Origin: Antedon mediterranea
Lineage: Eukaryota > Animalia > Echinodermata
NCBI RefSeq assembly: GCF_964355755.1
Contig: NC_092672.1
Location: forward strand, 37,826,437 to 37,890,436
Length of the DNA: 64,000 bases
Direction of reading: 5' to 3'
In this document: one piece after another, positions 1 through 62,058 of the stretch
How the letters are laid out: each line of letters begins with the position of its first letter
How positions within the stretch are numbered: position 1 is the first letter of the stretch
Made by a program: the position numbers and the translations under genes
The notes under the pieces: model-generated
Database searches by the model: none
What the model was told of the DNA's origin: nothing
Seen by the model: the letters and a program-made list of their open reading frames with translations, nothing else

Positions 1-1333
1 TTTTCGGTGGTTTTGGTGTAATTATTTGTTAACGCTAAATTTTATATAAAAAGAACATTTTTTTTTCTTTTAATTTAAACGTGATTGCACAAAAGCTTGG
101 GGTGGGTATGTGATATAAACTTATAAATACACACATATAAATATATAATATATATAAACAAAAATTACAGAGAATCATAGTTTGTTGCTAGCGTAAAAAA
201 TGATAGATTACAAAACAACTTAATAATTCCTTAAGAAAGGTTAATCAAAGGGGTTGATAAGAAGAAGTGATGGCCATTATGTCACCATCTAGTAAGGCTA
301 ACAGGTTTAAATTTTGGTTTTTAAAAGCAGCGAATAGTATTGGAAGATATACCTTCAATAGACTTCAATTTTAATTATGGATTTAGCCTACACCAATGAA
401 CTAGGAAAACGACCATAAGCATATGAAATGCATGCTCAGACAATGAATGATAATACATTACCAAATACATTCATCATGTAGGCTTTAGACCTCCAAGTCA
501 CCTGGGGCTCCAGGCAGACTGAATTGAATCTAGGCTAGGCCTAACCAGGCTTACTTTAACTAGGCCTAGCCTAGACTTAACATTAATAAACATAGGCCTA
601 CCTCCTATTCCCAGTTTGGCAGTACTTACCTCCTATGCTTTTATTTTCCTAGTCTGGTTAATTCACATTTTATAAACAATAATTTTCTAATCATAATCTA
701 AATCAATTAAAAAATGCAAGGTCCAGTATCATCTTAGCCATCACACTCTCCATCATGATCTACTTTTGACCAAGGCACAGCTGCCTCGTTTTGACTGATT
801 ATTGTCTGCCATACAATTTTTACCACAAAGCCTCTGATTGGTTGAATCTTCCACAAACATTCAACAGTGTTTTACTTATCAGACTCATCTCAAACTTGTG
901 AAATTTATAATCTGTGACTGTAATGTTGGTATATACTATTATTATATTTGTTCTGTCAGACAAAATGTATGGTAGTGTATTTATGCTTTCTAAATAAGTT
1001 ACAAAAATTTATCTACATAAATCTAGTAAATGTTATTTTAAGTGGCTATTTTATCCATGCAATACTGAACCACAGGATTAGAATGATACTTATTTGAATG
1101 GTCAAATTGATTGCAGTTATGTAGTGGTATTTTCCTTTTAAAATTAAATAGTTGCAGTAAATATTTTGTTGGAGAAATACTACACAATAAAATCATGATT
1201 TGTTTTCAATAATTGAATATAATAATCAATTTAGTAATTGAAAAATCAAATTGAATGAAATTTGTTTGTAATTGTTTTAAATACAAATTTATTTAACGTA
1301 GGAGGTTAAATGGATAGAGAGATTTTGAATACA

Positions 1334-1437
1334 ATAGTGCATTCCATTGAACAGTACATTCCATTGAATAGTACATTCCATTGAATAGTACATTTCATTG
1401 AATAGTACATTCCTTTGAATAGTACATACCATTGAAT
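1334..1437. repeat. 17-bp tandem repeat, ~6 copies
   Basis: aatagtacattccattg units. Confidence 0.9.
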
Positions 1438-1790
1438 GGCTTAAAATCCATGATTACGATTGTAATATATGTTTATTGCAGTACATATACATTGGTAAAT
1501 CAATTTTCCATTGATACATTTATCTTATCATAAAAATAAAGTAGAACTTTACTTAGAGATTGGTTATCAAGTCCTTCTGAATGTGAAAACCTAAGCTAGA
1601 CAAGGCAACAAGTAAGTTGCAGTTTTCCATGAATAAACCGCACAACTCTATCACTATCCTACAGCAGAAAATTATAAATACACTACCTTTATTATTATTT
1701 ATTCATTATTTTTCTATAAATATTTATCATCGAGAAACAGCTGTCACTGGAAAAATGATTTTCAAAACTTGAAAACTGTAAAATATCTTG

Positions 1791-49973
<48,183 letters not shown>

Positions 49974-50664
49974 GTTGACAAAAAATGGCCACAAAAACTA
50001 CAAATCTCTGCCTTTACATTCTTATCATCATGATAATTTGATAATGACCTTGAATGGTAGCTGCTTGTTGGTTCGTACTTCCGAAAAAATTTACTCCAAT
50101 CAATTACTAAACCAAGAGGGCGTAGTATCTAATTTAAATTTTGATCATGACAACAAAATGCCAAAACACCGAAGCTGATCTCTATCGTTGAGACTAATTT
50201 TGTTAAAGAATTAATACTATAATAGGTAATATCCTTAAAAGACTTTCGAACGAATATCTATATAAACATTGTAACTGATTAATTTGCTATTGGAGAAAGA
50301 TTTTGGCTAGTTAAGCCTAGCTAGGCCTAGCCCTAGGCCTACTAAAATAGCTAACTAAGGTTTTGGCTAACCAAGCCTATCTTCTGCTACTACTAGGCTA
50401 GCCGTACTACTACTAGAGAACAGCAGAGACAGAGGCCTCCTGCCTAGCTAGCAAGCTAGAGTAGGCTAGGCCTACTTAACTAGGCCTAGGCCCTAGGTAG
50501 CTTAGTGAGAGGTGAAATCATATGTAATAAATAATGATATGATGGCTCTCCCCTTCTGACAGCAGAGAATCTCAGTGAGATTCTAGCCTAGAATTATAAA
50601 AAAATATTTAATTTTTTTTTATTGTTTTTTTTTATTATATAGACCTAGAACAAATTTATTCAAG
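49974..50664. promoter_or_regulatory. Probable bidirectional promoter and 5' UTRs of NF1 and TCHP
   Basis: Divergent start codons 692 bp apart; CCAAT at ~50096; TAGGCCTA/CTAG-rich patch at 50305-50500; acceptor-like tatag at 50642 just upstream of the TCHP ATG implies a non-coding first exon. Confidence 0.65.
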
Positions 50665-53600
50665 ATGGCATTACCTACATTGCCAGCATACTGGACTCAG
50701 CGTTACAAGAACGTCCAGGAGCGTACAATGGTGTCACGAAGGCAAAATGAGGCAGATTACCGAGACAAGTGGGATAACAATGCCAAGTATTTTCAAAAAC
50801 GAGGTGTGGAGACATTAAAACAAAATGGATGGATGTCTGAAAGATCATTCCAAGGAAGGTAAAGTTCATACTTCAATGTTAAAGCCACTTTGAACGGTAA
50901 ACATTTATAATTTAAAATTTTATAAATATATATAAAATATAAAATGCATTTTTCACCAAGATGAAAACAGGCTGTTTGAAATGCTGAATTAATGCAAAAC
51001 AAACTTTTATGAATGGAAAAAATTTTTAATTTTGTTATAGTATGGATACATATAGATCAAGAAATGCCAAAGAGGAAAGAGCAGCCAAACTACAAAGCCG
51101 ACGGGAACGTTTGAAACTTCTTTTGCGGAATGAAAAAGACGATTATGAGGCTGAATTAAGAGGACTGTCTAAGGGAAATTACATGCGGCTAAACGATATG
51201 AAAGACCGTGCTGATGACTTGAAGACCAGGCGTGAAACGCAACGTAAACAGGTTAGAAAACAATTCTTAGGGAGACATGATATCATCAATAATTTCAAAT
51301 CATGATATCAATTTATTGGTTTCCTATCTGCATATAATTTCATTACGTTTGCATTCTACAGATTGCAGATGAAAGAATGTATGAACATTGGAAGAAGAAC
51401 AATCCGGATTTACGAAAGGTAAATGTAATTATTTTAAGAAAATGTGTTTCTTGTTTTTATCCACATGAAGTACAATTTAGCATTTTTGTTGTACATTGTA
51501 AACAGGTTTATTTATTTATTTCACCATTTTTCAAGAGGGTGAACCAGTCAGCATGAGTGAGTTGATTTTAGGGAGAAACCATAACAATCAAATTATAAAA
51601 TGTTTTAAAAATATAGGTATTTACAATTACAACTCCTTAAAAGGAATCAATGATTTTAAAATGTGATATTCTAGTACTAGATGTTGTCCACAGTCACATT
51701 CATTTTTATGCAAGTGAAATATCTTCCTTTTTTTGTAAAAATATTTTTTTTAAATTAAATTATTTTTCAGATTGAGTCAGAAATGCATAAGAAACATGTG
51801 GTTCAAGGTTGGGGTGGTCAAATCCAAGACACAACTGAAAGAAAAAATACAGCAAGGGAGCAAGAAAGAAAGGAAGATTACGAATTAGAGATGCAGAGGT
51901 TGGCAGCAATAGAGAGAGATCATCGGACACAAGAGGCAAGGCTGCAGGAAGAGAAGGCATTAGCTGGTGAATTGAAAGAGCAGATGATAGAGCTAAAACA
52001 TCGTGAACTGGAGGTAAATGTATTAATGGACACATACAGTTGATGGTTTAAATCTTGAATGTACATGTAAAGTTGATGACTAAGTCTTGAATGTACACAT
52101 AAACATTTATCACTCTCAACTTATGTCTTGAATGTACACATAAACATTTATCACTCTCAACTCATGTTTTGAATGTACACATAAACATTTATCACTCTCA
52201 ACTTATGTCTTGAATGTACACATAAACATTTATCACTCTCAACTTATGTCTTGAATGTACACATAAACATTTATCACTCTCAACTTATGTCTTGAATGTA
52301 CACATAAACATTTATCACTCTCAACTTATGTCTTGAATGTACACGTAAACATTTATCACTCTCAACTTATGTCTTGAATGTACACATAAACATTTATCAC
52401 TCTCAACTTATGTCTTGAATGTACACATAAACATTTATCACTCTCAACTTATGTTTTGAATGTACACATAAACATTTATCACTCTCTAACAAATCATGTC
52501 ATTCTGCCATTAAACTAAGTACAGTTTTCTCAAATTTTTTTAATAACAATGTTTTTTTTCAAAGGCTGAAAAATTGAAGGCTGAGGAAGCCTCCTTGATG
52601 CAGGAACAATGGGAGTTAGAGAAGTTAGAAGAAGATCGTCAAAAACTTGAGGAACAGCGTAAACAGACTCAGTTAGGTCAAGTTCTGTCCCGTCAGTACA
52701 AAGCACAACTTAGACGACGGTCACAACAAGTTCAAAAAGCACTGGTAAGCAGATTTCAGTATTAATGAATAGGAAGATTTCAATTGGTGACTTAGAAACT
52801 AGTTATGTCATTCATTGTCTGCATGCAAGACATTGGGATGTCCTTCCTTACTCAATTCCTAGGCTCTGTTCAGATGACAACCTTTGACACAAATATTTAG
52901 GTCAGAGGTCGTTGTAAATTGCTTCCTAATAAAAGAATAATAAAAGACACAAGCAATATTTTTTTGGTTTTTTGTCTCTGACACAAGTTGCTGCTTTCTT
53001 GGTGACACCATCATTTTTTGGAAATAAATGTTATGAAAAAAAAACGGAGTGGTTATGAGATTGGATATACGTAAATGAAACAAATTTAATATAAATGGTT
53101 AATTGCATCTTATGATACAAATATGATTAGATACAAAACACATTAAATGTATCTTTTTCTGTAACTAAAATTTCTATTCTGCTTCATATTCATATTTAGG
53201 AAATGGATAAAATGATTTTAGAAGCTTTAGCTGAGAAAGAAGCAGAAGACAAAAGCCTTGAGAGTGCAAGACGTGAGAAGGCTAGGGCTGATGCAGCCTG
53301 GATGAGGCAGGTTGTAGATGAACAGATTCAGTTGGAGAAAGCTAGAGAAGCTGAACTTGACATGCTGTACAGGTGAACACCAATATACTTATTATGAAAG
53401 CATAGAGAAAAGTTCACATGGGATCTGTCATTGTTCTTGTCTCCTTCTGATATGGCTGTCATTGATGAATACTTATTATCAGTTGACTTAACTTCTGGTG
53501 TACTAGATCTACGTTTATACCATGCTATACACTTTTATAATTATAATAACTTTTGATTTATATAACATTGAGAATTAAAATATAGTCTGACACATGTTTA

Positions 53601-54822
53601 ATGCAGATTGCCAATGAATGACCTCAAAATGTTCACAATTGCTCCTAGATTCTTGATAGGAATTTCTTTTTTGTGAATAGAGTTAGGTGCTGTTCTAAAC
53701 TTATTGTATATAATATATAACATATATTTATTACATACTTTTAGGGAAGAAGCTCAGAGGCATTGGAACAAACGAGAAGCGGAATGGGAGCGAGAAAGGC
53801 TAGCAAGAGAGCGTCTCATGTCAGAGGTCAGTCTCATCCAATAAAGTTTGGATTTTGTTTTCAAATTAAACAATTAATTAAAAGAAAGAAAATAACACAT
53901 TGAAAACTTAACTAACCTGACTTAAATCCTGAGAAAACAATATTCAAATATTTAATGTCAAGTAGTTCACTATGAGTATGAGTTTTATTTTTGTATTACA
54001 ATTGTTTAATTTTCTTGTAAAAAAGGTTTTATTTTAACTGTTTGTATTGTATGGAGTTTAATAGTGCAGAATCTGTTTGGGCTTTAGCCTATTCTCACTC
54101 CTGGTTATTTTCATTGGTGACCGAATAAATATTATTATATTTGTTTAGGTAATGGGGGGGCGACAAACACAGATAAAATCCAAAATGGAAGAGAACCAGC
54201 GAAAACAAGAAGAATCACTTCAACAAAGAGAAGACTTATTGCGAGAACTTGAGGTTGTTCAACAGATGACAGCACGAGACAAGATTGCAACGGCAAGACA
54301 TAAACAGCAATCGCACCGTGAGATTCAAGAACAGGTGGGTACTAGTTGGCAGGAGGGAAAACAATTCTGTTGAATGTTTCGGAAAACTACACTTTAAAAT
54401 GAATTAAAAAATACAAAGATGTCCGGTTTTTAAGTACCCACAATTAATTTTGTAATAAAGATGGCAAGATATAAGACGTATGTTGTATTTATTTAGATCT
54501 CTGAAAAGAATGACAGGTTACAGAAAGCATATCAGCGTGAACAGGATGAAAAACGAAGGGAAGAAGAAGCAGAACGAGGTTATGAAGAGATGCTGAGACA
54601 GGAAGCCTCAAAAATGTCCATACATAACTATGAACCACAGGTAGATATTGTAATAATGTTTATTTACACTATTTTGGTGTTATTTGCTTCACTACATAAA
54701 AGTGAGTTTATGTGGCATACAGTTCCTAGCTTAGAATTTAAAAATTAATCATAATCTAAAACATGTGTCTTTTTTTCTCTTTACAGTCTCATCCTAGAAC
54801 ACGACGTTCTGCGTGGGATTGA
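50665..54822 (+). CDS. TCHP: Trichoplein keratin filament-binding protein (mitostatin), 10 coding exons, ~501 aa
   Basis: N-terminus [10 protein letters not shown] resembles human TCHP MALPTLPSYW; E/R/Q-rich coiled coil; ends [10 protein letters not shown]. Exons: 50665-50858, 51041-51251, 51362-51418, 51771-52013, 52565-52744, 53200-53372, 53745-53826, 54149-54334, 54497-54640, 54787-54822 (1506 nt, in frame). Confidence 0.93.
52084..52487. repeat. 41-bp tandem repeat, ~10 copies, in a TCHP intron
   Basis: Unit gtcttgaatgtacacataaacatttatcactctcaacttat. Confidence 0.96.
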
Positions 54823-55930
54823 AACAGTTTAAAAGAAAGCAATGAAGATGTGCATTATTAGTACTAGAAGACTTTATCAAGATCAGATCCTATATGCATT
54901 GTAGCCTCGCACTACATGATCATGAAAAATGTGAGAAGGGGAAGCTTTCCCGTAAAACAACATTCCTTATTCAGAGGAAACTGTAAAGCTCTGTCTACAC
55001 TATCAAACAAAAAATGCTACCATATTTGGACACATCACATTTTTTTGTCACATAAAGTTTGATAGAGATTAAAGATACGGAATTACATTTTCATTGTTTA
55101 TCTCAATATTTCAGCCAAACATACAGGTGCTATGTGTGTTTTATAGAACTCTTTAAATCAACTATAGGCCAGTTATTTACCTTTAAAATCATAGAGCTGT
55201 ATTGGCCTATTAAAAGACATACATTTTGTTGTTGTAAATAAATCCGGAACATTCCATTTAATTTACCCTTTAAACCATAGAGGAAGACTTACTGTATTGG
55301 CCTATTAAAAGTTATACATTTTATTGTTTTAAATCAGGGACATTCCATTATTAAATGAAGTTTTGTAAATAATAACAATAGGTAATAGATTAGTAATAAT
55401 GGTTTAATAAAACTGTGTTCAATGAGCACTTAACATAGTAAGTATGCTCTAAGTATGCTTCATTTTAAACATGTGTTGTGATGACATTACAGTAGTTATG
55501 GATCTGGTGGAAAAGTGCATGTAATTATTAATTTTTATTATTAGTATTTTACTAGTGAATTATAATTATGCTCATAGAACAAAAGTGTGTACTTTTTCTG
55601 TGTAAAAGACATTTAATTTAAAATATAAATAAAATATAAAAACTAAATTGACTTTCTGAAAATAGTTTATTTAATTTGGAATAATAAAAGAACTAGGGTC
55701 GGATTACTCTAGACAATCCCCTCCCCCCATCCCCTAAACAATATTGTTCTCGATTTGTTGAATGAAAATTAAGTAGGCTCTAAAATAAAATATATATATT
55801 TAACATTTCTGTGCAAAACCTACTTATTGAAAAGCATAAATTAGTAATTTATCATTAATTAATTAAGTAATACTGTATCTAATAATAAAATATTTTAAAC
55901 TAAGTTTTTGTGTTTCTTGGCATTTGGTAT

Positions 55931-58900
55931 TCAACCGAGCGCACGATATGTCCATACGTACTGTTCACCATGCTCAGGGTAAATGTCGTCCATTCCTGGA
56001 AAGAAAGACATTTTATTTAGAATATTAATTGATTTATCAGGTTATTGGGTATGATTTTACGCATAAAGCTCTGTCTACACTATCAAAATAGTTTGACAAC
56101 AAAAGTGTTATGTGGCCAAATATGGTAGTAATATGCCCAAATATGGTAGTGATATGACATCATCATGTTCATATATGGGCAAATCACATTTTTTTTCCCA
56201 TAAAGTTTGACAGTGTACTTTACGTTTACATCTCGTTCAAGTGGCAACGAGCTTACGACGTGCGTACAAGCCACGCAATGACGACGTACGCGCAAGAAAT
56301 CTAACCAATGACACAAGCGGCAGCTTGATGACTCATCATTCGAGCTGTCGCTTGTGATTGGTTAGATTACATGCGTTGGTTAATGTAGAATAACCATAGT
56401 AACTGAGATGTGTACCTGTAGATGTCAGCTCACCACTACTATTAAGTAACATCCAATAATGATTCTTGTCTCCATTACTTTTTAATCCATTAATTGACGT
56501 CACAAAGTGTCCCCATGAAGACTCACCAAATTCAAACCTGTAAAACAAATTTAAATATGAAAAAAAGAGCCTTTGCTAAATAACATTTTCATGATATTCT
56601 CGCAGCGTGGTTCCCACCAGCGACGCAACGTAACGCAATCTACGCAACGTAAGAAAATGCCCTTCCAATCATTGTGTTTGCCCCCGCTTGCGTGAAATCA
56701 AACCTGCGATGTTTGCAGCATTGTTGTGTCGTCGGTTCCCACTTGTGGTTACGCAATACAGCACTTTGCGTCGATACGTCGCTACGTTATGTTGCGTTGC
56801 GTTCTAGTGGGAACCGCGCTTTAGCCATCCTCATAAAGCTTCACACTTGGACGCAACGCGCTTAGGAAGAGAAGGGCGCCTTAAGCGATTGTGTAACGCG
56901 TACGTACGTATACGTCCTGGCATTGCGTTCTAGTGGGATTTACTAATCTTAACCTCTGTCTATACTATCAAACTTTATGTGACACAAAAATGTGATGTAC
57001 CCATATGTGGACACGATGATGTCATATCACTATCATATTTGGGCGCATAACATTTTTTGTAACGTTTGATAGTGTCTCACAGAGCTTTACCTAAATTCAT
57101 CTTGATCAGACTGGTGGGCCAACTGCATAATCTCAAATAACGAAGCGTTATGTGGAGCAGCGAGGACCAACGTTGTAGCTTCACTATCAACTTGTACTTC
57201 ATCTTGGATTGTCAGATATAACATTATACTACTAGAATTTGTAGGAAGTCTAGGAAGCATACGAATTGGATCTAAAAATAAAAATAAATTTATTTGTTAT
57301 ATAGTTTTACTGTAAATCATTATATTCTCCACGTTCATGACGTCACTGTAGTAGACAATGTCCGTAAAGTATACGGCATTATTAAGTTATTAATATAATA
57401 ATTGTCGTACAGATTTTTTTATATATATATTTCGTACGCATCCAACAGCGAGTATCTCGCCAATTAAAGCATGGATAAACTATGTTATAATTTATCTTGC
57501 TTATAAACTTGGCATAAAAGATCTAGTTGTATAAATAATTCACCAACTTTTTTTGCAAGATGGATTCAGATATTTCAATTCTCCGTAATGGCGACCAGCA
57601 AGTGCTGGCAGAATATGGAGTGTTGCTCCAAGATTTCCAAATGAACCAGACTTCTTCTGGACATCCAGTATACTTTGAACGGCATCGGTACATCGCCACG
57701 TCTCAGGTTTGTGTTCCTTTGACGTCATTAGTGCCTGGAAAGAACAAAATAACATTTGTTACGATCACCACACGAAAGTGACATGAATTAGACACCCAAA
57801 GGATGGTCCTGTTCTTTTGCGACGATGCGCTTTTTGAACGTAAAGCAACGACGTATTGACGCAAGGTGTTATATTACGTAACAGTACTGCAAACTTTGCA
57901 GGTTTAATTTCACCAAGCGGGGGCAAACACAATTATCGGAAGGGCATTTCCTAGATTGCGTTACGTTACGTCGCTAGTGGAAGTCAAGCTTTAGTTCTCC
58001 TAGAAATGAATTTGTCTTTGTGACGATTGAATTTTAAGAATCTTAATGTTTCTTGTATTCTATGTTGTTAATGAAATTGATTTCGACCAAATAAATAAAT
58101 GAATACCTGGACAACCAATGCTGTACTATGTGGGTTTCCAAAGCTACCGTCGTCAAGCTGCCATTCCAACAACGCAAGTTCAGCTTGCTGTATTGCTTGC
58201 GATACCATCGTTTTAATATTGTGATTGACAGAACGAAATACACACTGTAGCGCCATCACTGCCATGGCTGTTTCATCTAAAATTTAAAAAAATGTGTAAT
58301 CATTTAATTGTGTTTAGTTGTAAATACAACTTCTTCCATTGTGCGTGCCGCGCCGTAATCTCTCGTTTCCCATATACAGTATGGTTTCCACTTGGACGCA
58401 AAGTAATTTGACCAATCATGACGTTGCTTTGTGATTCGTCAACTCACTTGCGTTGCGTCTATTACGTCATTGATGCATGCAAGTGGGAACCAGGCTTAAA
58501 GGAGCATATCTTCCTTACTTAAGGAAAGTTTGCCAATATAATTTTTCACTGTACTCGCTGCCATTAATCTGGAACAATCTATATATCAATATTTGATTTC
58601 ACAAATTGTCGGAAGTGACCTACCTGGCAATCGAGAGTGAAAGCTGATTTCACCGTCTTCATCCTGTCCGCCAATCAATATTCTAACGTTTCTGACTTTT
58701 ATCATCTGGCCTGAGTTACACACAGCAAGCATTGCCAAGGCATACTGATAGTAGTTGTTGAATCCTTCTCTTGGAAATAAATGCATTTGAGCTTGAAGCA
58801 TGGCTGGTAGATCGTGGCCGTAGAAATCGGTGACGTCATGACAGGTCGCGTTTAGCGCATGTGTGTAGTACGAAAACTTGCCGAGAGAAAGTTTACGGTT

Positions 58901-61103
58901 CCGTACGCGTCCAGGCCAAATATGATTCGCCCTTACAAATGAAATATACAATATAATTCATTGATATTCAAGATATTGGTTAATGTTTCATCCATTGACA
59001 TGTAAAAGTTTTAAATGAAACATGAAAAATTATTTCTATTTGTCAATGATTGTTATCTCTATTCAGAATGTGAAAGGCGCAATTTAATTCAAAATAAAAT
59101 ACAGGCCTACTCTGTCTACACTATCAAATCTTATGTGACAAAAAAAATGTGATGTGCTCATATATAGACATATCACTACCATATTTGAGCATATCATTCC
59201 CATATTTGGGCACATCACACTTTTGTTGTCAAACTTGTTTGATAGTGTAGACAGAGCTTATACTCTATTTCAATTATGAACGGCGCAATTTAATTCAAAT
59301 TTAAACACAGGCTTACTTCTATAAGGAAAACATTATCATAAAATAATACCGATAATCAGGATAATTCTGACCCGGATAAAATAAAGGAAATATAGATTTT
59401 ACTTTTACATTAATTAATACAAAATTACATTATACTTCCTTGTTGGCTTATAGATAGTAAACGAACTAATCCATTGCCCTATTGCCCGCCGGGATATACG
59501 TTGTCTAACCCGGATGCTTGACATGAAATACAAAATTACATTTGACTTTCCTTAAGTTATATGACACATTTGACCAGAACATTAAGATTACATTCTTATG
59601 ATGATTTGGTTCTTATAATTTATATGGAGTCATAAGCATGTATATTTTTCTTATCATTTATCACACAACAGACAGTTAGAATAATTCACCGCCTGTGATT
59701 ATTGGTCATCACTACAGCTCGGTTCCCAATAGGACGCAACGCAAGGACGTAACGCAACGTAAAGTGATTTCACCAATCTCAAGCGGTGGATTATTCGAAC
59801 AGTCGTGTGTGATTGGTCAACTCGCTTGCGTTGCGTCTACGTCCTTGTGTTACGTACTAGTGGGAACCAAGCTTAAAATGCGTTACATTCTAATTGCGTT
59901 TCGTCTCTAGTGTGGAAATAAAGCTTTAGAAATGTCTAATTACTTGTTGTTGTGAGCTAGCTCAGCAAGCAGCTCAATCTCTAGTTGTTTGACTCCCAGT
60001 TGTCGAGTTGTTGCTTCAAGACTATACCAGTCTTCGTTGGTCGTCTGAAGAGCCCAGATGGCTTCTTTGGTTGACTGCAGTGGCCAGCTGCCATCTAGCA
60101 GTTGCTGATCTTCTAGCCAAGTTGACGCTCTCTCGATAGAGTTTTCAAGTTGTTCAACCAATTCTGTTGGAGTACTCTCTCCTATAATTGAATAAGCAGA
60201 AGCAGACCATGTTTTTCAAAAAAGCGTGCCTTCTCATAATATTTTGGAGCGCGCATGTTCTCTTTTTTTTAAATTGTGTTGCATTCTAACGAACCAAATG
60301 AAATTTTAGGTTTTGTGGACAACCTATAGGCCTATTAAGGTCCCTCGTAAAAAAAATCAAATACTGGAAGTGGAAAATTGCCACAAACAGATTAATTGTT
60401 TTGAACATTGTATTATTATTGAACCTCATTCACCCACTCAATCCAAAATTTTGACTTTCACAATGTCGCAAATATTGACATCATCTGATATCGTGAAGGT
60501 CAGATTTCACAACAAAAACAAACATAGCAAGCATCACACCATGGACAGTATTTGACCTATTTGACCTTTCTGTAACTGTCAACATAGGCATAATTGCATA
60601 GAACTTTATACTAAAGTAGAAGTAATAATAGACTTATGTTAAACGCATTCATATACCACCAGTAAAGTTTCATTATGACTACGACGGGGCGCCGTCCCAC
60701 ATACCAATTCGGTTTTACAAGCCATGGTTTATTCCACGGTTTATAATTGAAAAACAAAAGTTTTACTAGAATAAACCAAATTTTGAACTTTTTATGATAG
60801 ACAAAGAATTTTAAAAAACAAATGTTGCGAGTAGTATAAGCAGGGAGATGTAAAATAAACATCTCCCTGGTATAATTAACGTGTCAGGCGGCGCCCCGTA
60901 ATCGACATATCACACAGCAGGGTTCACTCGACTGGTAAAAACAAATAAAAGACTCGCCGTTTCTGAAGTTGCAAAAACGAATAGTACTAAGTTTCAGGAC
61001 TAAATTAAAAAGACACATTCTTACCACAGATCTGAGAAACATCCAAAGCAATGGCTGTTGCAAATGTTGCAATCAAGAAGACAACAGCTTGTACCGAGTG
61101 CAT
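55931..61103 (-). CDS. Secreted cobalamin-binding protein of the transcobalamin/intrinsic factor/haptocorrin family (alpha domain plus C-terminal beta/DUF4430 domain), ~449 aa
   Basis: Signal peptide MHSVQAVVFLIATFATAIA. Family-like motifs LSLGKFSYYTHALNATC, NYYQYALAMLAVC, DETAMAVMALQC, DGSFGNPHSTALVVQAL, GSFGNLGATLHILPAL; beta domain SSWGHFVTSING..YWML..TGMDDIYP. Exons: 61025-61103, 59944-60181, 58624-58931, 58107-58276, 57548-57734, 57091-57271, 56416-56537, 55931-55995 (1350 nt, in frame). Confidence 0.88.
56604..56820. mobile_element. MITE family B (ACGCA-rich, Harbinger-like TIR)
   Basis: agcgtggttcccac..gcgacgcaacg ... cgttgcgttctagtgggaaccgcgct; related copies or fragments at ~56215-56300, 56836-56940, 57820-57992, 58380-58497, 59716-59873, 61432-61520 and 62430-62520. 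Confidence 0.78.
56952..57086. mobile_element. MITE family A copy inserted in a splice donor
   Basis: TTA TSD at 56949-56951 and 57087-57089, abutting the exon that ends at 57091. Confidence 0.85.
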
Positions 61104-62058
61104 GATTGTTTACCTAGCTCCGTATAGCACCACTGCGAAGCTAAAAAGAATTTCATGCACTATTGCAACACAGATTATTTCCTGTTTTCACTATACTGTA
61201 CTGAAATGAAAGCGCCGCATGCCAAGTTCTTATCGCCGTTTTCTCGGAGCAAAGGGCAATCGTATTTAATTGTATTCAGGTCATCTATAGCCTGGGGATG
61301 TTGTGAAGATACTGTATTGGTACGACGATGATGATGATCCAATAAATCTTAATTGATTTTGATACATTTCCAATATTGTTAATTCTTTATAATATAGAAT
61401 GGGATTTTGTTCCTGTTGGTTCTTGTTCCAATTGCGACGTCGGTTCCCACTTGTGATTACGTAATACAGCACTTTGCGTCAATACGTCGTTGCGTTGCGT
61501 CGTAGTGGGAACCACGCTTTAGCCCCCAGAATTCGTCGTCGACGTACGTATATTGCACACAATTAATTTCACCATTAAACAAATTATTTTGAAAGAATGA
61601 AAATGCGATTATTAAACTTATTTTATTTTATTAAACTTTAACTTATTACACAAGTGTGTTCAAAGTCAGCTGTCCTAATTTTTCGATTGTCAGAATTAAG
61701 TTCGGGTTTAAGAACCGGTAGGCTAATGTATACTAATTGTTGTCAACCACAGAATACTATGAGTTCTGTCATGTTTTGGTTAGATGTATTAAACTTGCAA
61801 CCCAAGAATTGAATGATATTTATGCATACTTAAATTTACCTAAACTTTTATTTTTTTGTATGCATTGACATACTCCATTATAGAAATTTTACATTTATAT
61901 AACTTAAATATAAATTCAGTATTTACAACATAGATACAGTATTTCATTTCAAATATTTAAATAATGAATTAATAATAATAAATCTCTAACCTTATTTACC
62001 AGTTTAAATATTGGAATTGAAATTTTAAACTATATACATATTACACATTATCAATATT

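Noticed and set aside
59360-59520. Twister-like motif (cccggataaa)
   Set aside because: The other conserved twister elements and pseudoknot pairings could not be found.
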